Source: Parcubacteria group bacterium (lineage in GTDB: Bacteria; Patescibacteriota; Minisyncoccia; Phycocordibacterales; 21-14-all-47-15). Taken from it: a stretch of DNA of 64,000 nucleotides. The notes below the pieces were generated by a model. It was not told the DNA's origin. It searched no databases and was given only the letters and a program-made list of their open reading frames with translations. Shown here in pieces: positions 9,416-16,808 of the stretch (within the stretch, counting starts at the first letter, position 1; every line of letters starts with the position of its first letter). Location of the stretch: assembly GCA_016181845.1 (NCBI GenBank), contig JACOYO010000004.1, forward strand, positions 15,827 through 79,826, read 5' to 3'. A program made the position numbers and the translations under genes.

Positions 9416-9486
9416 TCGGGGCGCCGGGAATCGAACCCGGTCTCTACGCACCCGAAGCGTATGTACTACCGGTATACTACGCCCCG
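9416..9486 (-). tRNA. tRNA-Pro (anticodon CGG), no encoded CCA
   Basis: A C1:G72 acceptor stem CGGGGCG/CGCCCCG, the anticodon loop UUCGGGU and the GGUUCGAUUCC T-loop. A further 10 bp of leader/trailer complementarity extends the acceptor helix. Confidence 0.75.
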
Positions 9487-9512
9487 ACACGAAACTCGAC
9501 CCTGAAACCCTA

Positions 9513-9584
9513 TGGGCGCTGCAAGGATTGAACTTGCGGCCTTTCGCGTGTGAAGCGAACGTTCTACCACTGAACTAAGCGCCC
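9513..9584 (-). tRNA. tRNA-Val (anticodon CAC), no encoded CCA
   Basis: Acceptor GGGCGCU/AGCGCCC, anticodon loop UUCACAC, T-loop AGUUCAAUCCU. Confidence 0.8.
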
Positions 9585-9606
9585 CGCGCATCTATCCAAG
9601 AGCGGG

Positions 9607-9677
9607 TGGACCTATGGGGAGTCGAACCCCAGCTTCAGCCATGCCATGGCCGCGTAATACCGCTTTACTATAGGCCC
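9607..9677 (-). tRNA. tRNA-Ala (anticodon GGC), 3' end CCC rather than CCA
   Basis: Acceptor GGGCCUA/UAGGUCC with G3:U70; anticodon loop AUGGCAU. Confidence 0.8.
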
Positions 9678-9754
9678 GATAAAAACAGCATGTACCATAA
9701 AACATATCATGAAAAAAACTCCTATACAACGCAGTGTGTCCATAAATACTGCAA

Positions 9755-9782
9755 TTGATTTATTCAAAAAATTTGATATGAT
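9755..9782 (+). promoter_or_regulatory. Sigma70-like promoter for tRNA-Ala(UGC)
   Basis: TTGATT -35, a 16-nt spacer and TATGAT -10, ending 13 nt before the tRNA 5' end. Confidence 0.35.
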
Positions 9783-9795
9783 GAATCACATTATC

Positions 9796-9868
9796 GGGCC
9801 CGTAGCTTAGTTGGTAGAGCGCCGCATTTGCAATGCGGAGGTCAGGAGTTCGAATCTCCTCGGGTCCA
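9796..9868 (+). tRNA. tRNA-Ala (anticodon UGC), no encoded CCA
   Basis: GGGCCCGUAGCUUAGUUGGUAGAGC...UUUGCAA...GGUUCGAAUCUCCUCGGGUCCA; G3:U70. Confidence 0.85.
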
Positions 9869-10006
9869 CAATTCTGAATTTTTTGAGCCGGACGGAAGCA
9901 TTTCGTACCGCTGAACTCGGAATACCTTGTCAAAACGAGTCTTTTTCAAAGAGTTGATATCCACATTGCATATATCAACTAAATAGCATATAATGTTGAT
10001 ATCCAT

Positions 10007-11197
10007 ATGAGCAATGTCAACCAACCAAAAATAGGTCGCTACATAACCCAGAAAGACGGCTATAAATCCTTTACCCATTTTGATTTTCCTCCAAAGGCCG
10101 GTTTTATTATACCTCCAAAACTTCATAAAAAACATGAGGAGGCTATCAGACTGGTCGGTAAACTCGATGGTATAACTCGACTCTTACCGGATAAGGACTT
10201 TTTCCTACTCATGTTTATCAAAAAGGATGCCGCATATTCGAGCCAAATAGAGGGCATAAAAGCGACATTGCAAGATGCCGTTGCGGCACAAGTTACTGAA
10301 GAAAAATCTCGCCTCCATCCCGACGTGGACGATATCGTTCATTATGTTGAAGCCGTAAATTACGGTATTAAACGAGCCGAAACACTCCCGATTTCTCTAC
10401 GACTTATACGCGAGATTCACGAAAAGCTGATGGTTGGAGCGCGTAGAACACAGCATGCGTATCCGGGAGAATTTCGACGCTCACAAAATTGGATCGGTGG
10501 GAAAACGCCGCACGATGCTTCTTTTGTGCCACCTGCTCCAGATGACATGAACAAGTCACTTGATGATCTTGAGAAATTTATTCATGCCAAAGATGACTAC
10601 CCATCTCTTATAAAAGCCGGACTTTTGCATGCGCAATTCGAGACAATCCATCCCTTCATTGACGGCAATGGTCGTACCGGACGCATGCTTATTGCCATGT
10701 ACATGCATCATGCCGGACTTTTAGAGTTGCCGGTACTCTATCTCTCAAACTACTTCAAGAAATACCAGAAGCTTTACTATCAGAAATTGCAAGGTTATCA
10801 CGATGAAGATTCGGATATAGATGCTTGGCTTGAATTCTTTCTTGAGGGTGTGGCTGAAATCGCTCTCGCATCTATTGAAACATGCACCAAGATTACCGCG
10901 CTTCGTGATCGTGACTTTGCCAAGATGCAGAAGCTTGGCAAGAAGTCGGCTCTGTCCACACTTCCGATCGTCTGCAAGCTTTTCGGTCAACCGATTGTCG
11001 GTGTTGCGGAAATAATGAAATGGACCGGCTTCAGCCCGCAAGGTTCCTATAATGTGATCAATCGACTCAAGGGTTTAAAAATTCTGGAGCCTCTTGGTGA
11101 TGCTGATTATGGGCAGAAGTATATCTATGCCGATTACTATGAAATCTTTGACGACGCATTTCGCGATGCTCGTGCAAAAGAAAGATCCACTCGTTAG
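10007..11197 (+). CDS. Fic/DOC family protein (AMPylator-like) with a C-terminal winged-helix region
   Basis: Canonical Fic motif HPFIDGNGRTGR. The gene is preceded by direct repeats GTTGATATCCA(C/T) at 9953-9964 and 9992-10003. Confidence 0.85.
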   Translation: MSNVNQPKIGRYITQKDGYKSFTHFDFPPKAGFIIPPKLHKKHEEAIRLVGKLDGITRLLPDKDFFLLMFIKKDAAYSSQIEGIKATLQDAVAAQVTEEKSRLHPDVDDIVHYVEAVNYGIKRAETLPISLRLIREIHEKLMVGARRTQHAYPGEFRRSQNWIGGKTPHDASFVPPAPDDMNKSLDDLEKFIHAKDDYPSLIKAGLLHAQFETIHPFIDGNGRTGRMLIAMYMHHAGLLELPVLYLSNYFKKYQKLYYQKLQGYHDEDSDIDAWLEFFLEGVAEIALASIETCTKITALRDRDFAKMQKLGKKSALSTLPIVCKLFGQPIVGVAEIMKWTGFSPQGSYNVINRLKGLKILEPLGDADYGQKYIYADYYEIFDDAFRDARAKERSTR

Positions 11198-11316
11198 ATA
11201 AATAGGCATGAATTCAAATTTAACACTGGATAATGTTTTTTACTTAACCTATGAAAAGGTATGAAATTTCATAAAAAGTTTGACAATAATATGGCACCCA
11301 TGATAACCTATGAAAT

Positions 11317-13026
11317 ATGAAGAAAACATCAAGCGAAAAGGCGTTGCTTTCAATCAGTGAAGTTTCAAGTATTTTTGGTATTCATCAAGACACGCTTCGT
11401 AATTGGGAGAAAAAAGGACTCATCACTCCGCTTCGCGTAGGACCTCGTAAAGACCGTAAGTACAAACCAGAAGATATTGAGCGAATTGCAAACGATAAAA
11501 GTATCGTAAAAACTTTTGATGCTCCACTCACCGATGATTCAGGAAAAATGAACCTCACCCAGCTCAAACAATTTCTTTGGAAAAGTGCCGACATCTTGCG
11601 TGGAAAAATTGATAGCTCTGACTACAAGAAATATATTTTTGGACTCCTTTTTTACAAACGCATCAGCGACTCATGGGATGAAGAATATAAAAAAATTCTT
11701 GATGAATATCACGATGAAGAAATTGCTCGCGCAGATCATAATCACCGTTTTCAAGTTCCGAAGGACTGTCGATGGGAAGTAATTCAGAAACAAGCGGAAG
11801 GAATTGGTCACAAACTCAATGAGATTTTTGACAAGCTCACGAATGCAAACAGTCCGAAGCTGGACAAAATTTTTGACGACCTTGATTTTGCAAATAAAGA
11901 CAAATTTCCAAACGAAACACTTCAGCGTCTCATCAATCATTTCTCACGGCACAATTTTGGAGATAACTACATTAGCTCCGACCTTCTCGGCGATGCATAC
12001 GAATACCTTATTGAGCAATTTGCGGCGGACGCGGGGAAAAAAGGTGGGGAATTCTACACCCCTCGCGAGGTTGAGCGCATCATTATAAATATTCTCAAAC
12101 CACACGAGAAAGACCACATCTACGATATGGCGGTGGGTTCGGGCGGTTTCCTCTTGGAGGCATATCATCATCTCAAAAACGAAGCGGGAGAAAAGAAAGC
12201 TCGTTCGCTCTATCTATACGGGCAAGAAATAAATATCGGTACATACGCGATTGCAAAAATCAATATGTTCCTCCACGGACTTGATAGCGCCGATATTCAA
12301 CGCGGAGATACACTCGCCGATCCAAAGTTCCTAAATCCAGACGGCTCGCTCAAAACATTTGATATCTGCGTTGCAAATCCTCCATATTCAATCAGCGAGT
12401 GGGAGTACGAGATATTTAAATCTGACAAATACGGACGAGTTGCCGGTTACGAAATGCCTCCGGCAAAAAAAGCCGACTACGCTTTTGTGCTTCACATGGT
12501 GAAGTCAATGAATGAAAACGGACGGGCTGGAATTGTGCTCCCGCACGGCGTACTTTTCCGTGGCGGCGCAGAAGGCCGCATTCGTGAGAATCTGATCAAG
12601 AACGATCTTATAGAAGCAATTATTGCTCTCCCTGCAAAGCTTTTCTACGGCACGGGTATTCCAGCGGCAATTGTGATATTCAACAAAAACAAGCCTGAAG
12701 CTCATAAGAACAAAATCCTCATCATTGATGCCGAACAGGATTACGAGGAAGGCAAAAATCAAAACCGTTTGCGCAAGAAAGATATTGAGAAAATTGTGAC
12801 AGCGTTTGATGGTTATCGGGATATTGAGAAATACGCTCGCGTAGTTGATGCGAAGGAGCTGGAAGAAAACGAATTCAATCTCAATGTGCGTCGTTACGTA
12901 GAAAATGGCGAGGATGAGGAAGTGGTGGATGTAAAAACCGTATGGAGCGAAGTAAAAGAAATTGAAAAAGCTCGCGAAGCTATTGATAAAAAGGTTGCAA
13001 ATTATTTATCAGAATTAAAATATTAA
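11317..13026 (+). CDS. hsdM: Type I restriction-modification N6-adenine DNA methyltransferase subunit M with an extra N-terminal MerR/excisionase-like HTH
   Basis: HsdM N-domain (LWKSADILRG...LLFYKRISD), the AdoMet motif (DMAVGSGGFLLEA) and the NPPY catalytic motif (VANPPYS). The first ~70 aa resemble an HTH_17/MerR helix-turn-helix (LLSISEVSSIFGIHQDTLRNWEKKGLI). Confidence 0.9.
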   Translation: MKKTSSEKALLSISEVSSIFGIHQDTLRNWEKKGLITPLRVGPRKDRKYKPEDIERIANDKSIVKTFDAPLTDDSGKMNLTQLKQFLWKSADILRGKIDSSDYKKYIFGLLFYKRISDSWDEEYKKILDEYHDEEIARADHNHRFQVPKDCRWEVIQKQAEGIGHKLNEIFDKLTNANSPKLDKIFDDLDFANKDKFPNETLQRLINHFSRHNFGDNYISSDLLGDAYEYLIEQFAADAGKKGGEFYTPREVERIIINILKPHEKDHIYDMAVGSGGFLLEAYHHLKNEAGEKKARSLYLYGQEINIGTYAIAKINMFLHGLDSADIQRGDTLADPKFLNPDGSLKTFDICVANPPYSISEWEYEIFKSDKYGRVAGYEMPPAKKADYAFVLHMVKSMNENGRAGIVLPHGVLFRGGAEGRIRENLIKNDLIEAIIALPAKLFYGTGIPAAIVIFNKNKPEAHKNKILIIDAEQDYEEGKNQNRLRKKDIEKIVTAFDGYRDIEKYARVVDAKELEENEFNLNVRRYVENGEDEEVVDVKTVWSEVKEIEKAREAIDKKVANYLSELKY

Positions 13027-13030
13027 ATTT

Positions 13031-13384
13031 ATGGAACTAAAAGATTTTGTTAAAAATGTACTTAAGGATGTCACAGAAGCAGTTGATGAATATCGATCTG
13101 AATCAAGTCGTGATATGCACTTGGACAACATGAAAGATCAGCGCACAGTTGAGTTTGATGTTGCTGTGGCTGCAGAAGATGTAACTTCTGCTACCGGTAA
13201 GGCAGGAATTAAAGTTTTCTCTCTGATTGAGGGTGGTGGTGAAGCATCAAAAGAAGTCAAAAACTCAACCGTCAGCCGGATTAAATTTGGTGTTCATGTT
13301 AATCGCTTTACGAAACAAGAGAATGCAGGTTTTGAAGCACAAAATCGAGCATTGAATTCAAGAAATCATAATGAATACATCTAA
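13031..13384 (+). CDS. Hypothetical small beta-rich protein embedded in the Type I RM operon (possible Trypco2-like effector-associated domain; this assignment is from memory and unverified)
   Basis: 117 aa. Starts 5 nt after the hsdM stop and overlaps the next ORF by 14 nt. Alternating hydrophobic pattern VEFDVAVAAEDV...GKAGIKVFSL...SRIKFGVHV. Confidence 0.5.
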   Translation: MELKDFVKNVLKDVTEAVDEYRSESSRDMHLDNMKDQRTVEFDVAVAAEDVTSATGKAGIKVFSLIEGGGEASKEVKNSTVSRIKFGVHVNRFTKQENAGFEAQNRALNSRNHNEYI

Positions 13385-13988
13385 TATACAAAAAAAATCT
13401 GATGATGTAGTAATGGCAAATAAACATCAGGTGCACCTGCTTGATAATATTGATAAAGCTCAAAAATCCTTGAGCCTTTTTGAGTTATTGAGAAATAAAA
13501 AATTCACAACCGGCACAGTTAAGCAAGATAATTGGCTGGAGGAAATTTTACTTTCTTTTATTATTCTTAAAATACATACGGTTTTTGACAAAACCAGAGA
13601 TACTGTTTGTTTTGAGAATTTTCTTAAAAATAACGCTCAACATATCACAAAGAAAAAATATATAGAAGATATATCTAGTAAATTTGAAGCGTTAAAAACA
13701 AAACATAAAACACTTATTGAACAGATTAAAAATAATCGCCATGAATCAGTGGCGCATATTCCTAAAAAAACAAAACTTGGCGTAACCGAGAAAGTAGCAG
13801 TTAAAATAAGAGAATTTGGACATCAGATCGGCAGTGAAGATTATAAAAATCAAAAGTCAGTATCTGATGACAAAATGAGGTTTTCTGTTGGCAATTTTCC
13901 GATAGATAATGTAAAAGATTTAACAACAAAATTATTAAAACTTATTTTTGGAGTAAAATATCCTAAAACCATTGGTAAATTGATATGA
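13371..13988 (+). CDS. Hypothetical protein with an Rx5H HEPN-like motif (candidate RNase/abortive-infection effector) embedded in the Type I RM operon
   Basis: 205 aa, predicted helical, with the motif NNRHESVAHI (R-x5-H). Its stop overlaps the hsdS start as ATGA. Confidence 0.5.
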   Translation: MNTSNIQKKSDDVVMANKHQVHLLDNIDKAQKSLSLFELLRNKKFTTGTVKQDNWLEEILLSFIILKIHTVFDKTRDTVCFENFLKNNAQHITKKKYIEDISSKFEALKTKHKTLIEQIKNNRHESVAHIPKKTKLGVTEKVAVKIREFGHQIGSEDYKNQKSVSDDKMRFSVGNFPIDNVKDLTTKLLKLIFGVKYPKTIGKLI

Positions 13989-15178
13989 AAACTGACACAC
14001 AACAACAGAATATTCCGAACGGATGGCAACTCAAAAAACTGAGCGATGTTTTAGACTACGAGCGTCCAGATAAATATATTGTTAAAAGTAAAAGTTACAG
14101 CAATAAAGAAAAGACTCCAGTGCTCACAGCCAACAAGTCCTTTGTTTTAGGTTATACAGACGAAGATTTTGGTATTTATAGAAACTTGCCAGCAATTATT
14201 TTTGATGACTTTACAACTGACAGTAAACTTGTGAATTTCCCTTTTAAAATTAAGTCTTCGGCAATCAAAATTTTAAAAGAAAAAAATAAAGACATAGATT
14301 TGCGGTTTGTTTTTGAAAAAATGAAGTCAGTAACTTTTCCTACGGGAAGCCATAAACGCTTCTATATTTCACAGTACCAAAATTTAGAAATAGCCGTGCC
14401 TCCAATCAAAGAACAGCAAAAGATTGCGGAGATTTTGGGGGCGGTGGATGAGGATATTACTAAAACGCAGGAAGTGATTGAGGCGACAGAAAAGCTCAAG
14501 CGCGGATTGATGCAACAGCTTTTTACTCACGGGATTAGTCATACGAAATTCAAGGAAACAAAAATCGGACAAATTCCGGAATCATGGAGTATGGTGTCGG
14601 TTTCTGAAGTAGTAAAGAAAATCGTCGATAATCGCGGAAAAACTCCTCCACTTGCTTCGGATGGTATAGGGATAATTGAGGTTAATGCTATCGATAGCTC
14701 ACAAAAATATCCGAATTATTTGAAAATATCAAAATATGTAAGCCAAGAAACATACAATTCTTGGTTTAGAAGTGGTCATCCGGAAAAAGGAGATATTTTA
14801 ATACCAACAGTCGGGACAGTCGGCGTAGCTGTGATAATGAATGAAAACAAGGGATGTATTGCGCAGAATATTATTGCTGTTCGTGTAAAAGATACTATTT
14901 TACCGGATTTCTTTTATTATCTCGTCATAAGTCCTTTGTTCGTAGATCAAATTAGAAAAGTTTTAATGGGAGCTGTTCAGCCAAGTTTGAAAGTACCGCA
15001 TATGTTGGCGTTTAACATTCCATTACCGGCAAAGCCAGAACAACAAAAAATTACAGAAATTTTTTCCGCAGTCGATGAAAAAATCTCAGTCAATAAGAAA
15101 TTAAAAGAAAAACTTACTCTCCTCAAAAAAGGTCTGATGCAGGATTTGTTGAGTGGGAAAGTTAGGATAAATATATGA
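13985..15178 (+). CDS. hsdS: Type I restriction-modification specificity subunit S (two target-recognition domains)
   Basis: Duplicated TRD architecture with the conserved central and C-terminal helical repeats (KIAEILGAVDEDI... / KITEIFSAVDEKI...), typical of HsdS. Confidence 0.85.
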   Translation: MKTDTQQQNIPNGWQLKKLSDVLDYERPDKYIVKSKSYSNKEKTPVLTANKSFVLGYTDEDFGIYRNLPAIIFDDFTTDSKLVNFPFKIKSSAIKILKEKNKDIDLRFVFEKMKSVTFPTGSHKRFYISQYQNLEIAVPPIKEQQKIAEILGAVDEDITKTQEVIEATEKLKRGLMQQLFTHGISHTKFKETKIGQIPESWSMVSVSEVVKKIVDNRGKTPPLASDGIGIIEVNAIDSSQKYPNYLKISKYVSQETYNSWFRSGHPEKGDILIPTVGTVGVAVIMNENKGCIAQNIIAVRVKDTILPDFFYYLVISPLFVDQIRKVLMGAVQPSLKVPHMLAFNIPLPAKPEQQKITEIFSAVDEKISVNKKLKEKLTLLKKGLMQDLLSGKVRINI

Positions 15179-15792
15179 TTTTAATACAAGAAGTTTATTG
15201 TGGAATATGGGAACTTTTATCTAAGGTATCGCTTTATACAGTTATTCAATTAGGATTGCTTGTTGTTGCTGGCCTTGCTTTAAATACATGGAGAAAGCAG
15301 TTGCATGGCGGAAATGAGTATCAGACAGCATTTGATCTTTTGTTAAGGGTAAGACAGTTGGAGAAAAAGATCCAGAAGGAAATAAGAAACCCATTCTTAC
15401 GACCAGTCAATAATAAAAGTTTTGATGATTGGAATTGGGAAAGAGAAGTTTATATGTCTAGATTTAATGATTTTTATGATTTTAAAAATAAATTTTACGA
15501 TGAGGCAGTTTTAAAATCAGAAATTTTATTTGGTAAAGATATCGAATTATTTTTTAAGAATATAGAAGATAGGATTGTTGAAATTCGCATGGCGTACGAG
15601 GTTGCTTATAAGATTTTTAGAGGAAGAGATAAATATGACGATGAGAGTATGTATAGACAATATGCTGAGAAAATAGAGAAAAACAAAGAGCTTTTATGGA
15701 ATCAGGATGGCGATAACTATTCTGTTCGATTACGAAGTGCTGTTAAGGCATTGGAAGAGGTTCTATACAAAAAAATGAACAAAAAAATATGA
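15175..15792 (+). CDS. Hypothetical protein with an N-terminal TM helix, translationally coupled to hsdS
   Basis: ATGA overlap with the hsdS stop. One hydrophobic segment (VIQLGLLVVAGLAL), then a helical Lys/Glu-rich domain. I know of no assignable family. Confidence 0.5.
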   Translation: MILIQEVYCGIWELLSKVSLYTVIQLGLLVVAGLALNTWRKQLHGGNEYQTAFDLLLRVRQLEKKIQKEIRNPFLRPVNNKSFDDWNWEREVYMSRFNDFYDFKNKFYDEAVLKSEILFGKDIELFFKNIEDRIVEIRMAYEVAYKIFRGRDKYDDESMYRQYAEKIEKNKELLWNQDGDNYSVRLRSAVKALEEVLYKKMNKKI

Positions 15793-15856
15793 AATTCAAT
15801 GAATAAGCTATAGTAGAAAATTGCATCGTTAAATTATCAAATAATGCTATAAAAAT

Positions 15857-16723
15857 ATGAAAAAAGAAATCATACAATCACTGACCAATAATTTTGAATC
15901 ATACTCAAACAAGACAGAAAATGGGGTGGAGTTCTGGCTTGCGCGAGATTTGCAGCAACTTTTGGGGTATGACAAGTGGGACAACTTTTTAGGGGCTATC
16001 TCAAAGGCTAAAATAGCCTGTGAAAACACAGGTCACAAGGTAACCGATCATTTTGCCGACGCCGGGAAAACGATCCAAATGCCCAAGGGCGCTCAGAAGG
16101 AGATTTTGGACATAATGCTTACAAGATACGCTTGTTATTTGATTGCTCAAAACGGCGATCCAAGGAAAGAACAGGTAGCTTTTGCGCAAAACTACTTCGC
16201 GGTACAAACACGAAAGTTTGAAGTTATCGAGAAGCGCATACAGGATTCCGAGAGACTGCTAGCTAGATATAAATTGACCGAAACTGAGAAGAAGTTATCC
16301 GGTGTTATATTTGAGCAAACAGGAAGTGATAGAAATTTCGCGCTTATTCGGAGCAAGGGAGATAAGGCCCTATTCGGATATACCACGCAAGAAATGAAAA
16401 ACCGTCTTGGCGTTCCGGGGAGCCGAGCATTGGCGGATTTTCAACCGACAATTTTGCTCAAGGCAAAAGATTTTGCGACAGAGATCACCATTTTCAACTC
16501 AAAAGAAAAAGGATTGCGATCAGAACAATCTATTTCCGAAGAACATATCACAAATAATCGAAGTGTGAGAAAGACACTTTTGAGTCGGGGAATTACGCCT
16601 GAAAGATTGCCGGTGGAGGAAGATATCAAAAAGATTGAACGGAAACTTAAGTCCGAAGAGACTAAAGGTTTGAAGAAACCAGTTAAATTAAGAGAGGTAA
16701 ATGAAAAGGGGCCATCGTCCTAA
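15857..16723 (+). CDS. dinD: DNA-damage-inducible protein D homologue (DinD family)
   Basis: Collinear similarity to E. coli DinD: EFWLARDLQQLLGYDKWDNF, LTRYACYLIAQNGDP, YFAVQTR. Confidence 0.75.
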   Translation: MKKEIIQSLTNNFESYSNKTENGVEFWLARDLQQLLGYDKWDNFLGAISKAKIACENTGHKVTDHFADAGKTIQMPKGAQKEILDIMLTRYACYLIAQNGDPRKEQVAFAQNYFAVQTRKFEVIEKRIQDSERLLARYKLTETEKKLSGVIFEQTGSDRNFALIRSKGDKALFGYTTQEMKNRLGVPGSRALADFQPTILLKAKDFATEITIFNSKEKGLRSEQSISEEHITNNRSVRKTLLSRGITPERLPVEEDIKKIERKLKSEETKGLKKPVKLREVNEKGPSS

Positions 16724-16741
16724 CGGTCGACGCCCCTTTTC
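16704..16741 (+). terminator. Hairpin with a T-run overlapping the dinD stop
   Basis: aaggggccatcg...cgacgcccctttt. Confidence 0.4.
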
Positions 16742-16808
16742 GATACTGTATTTATAGTGTATAGAATTCACCCCATAAAGTCAAGAGTTATCCACAAGTA
16801 GAAAATAT

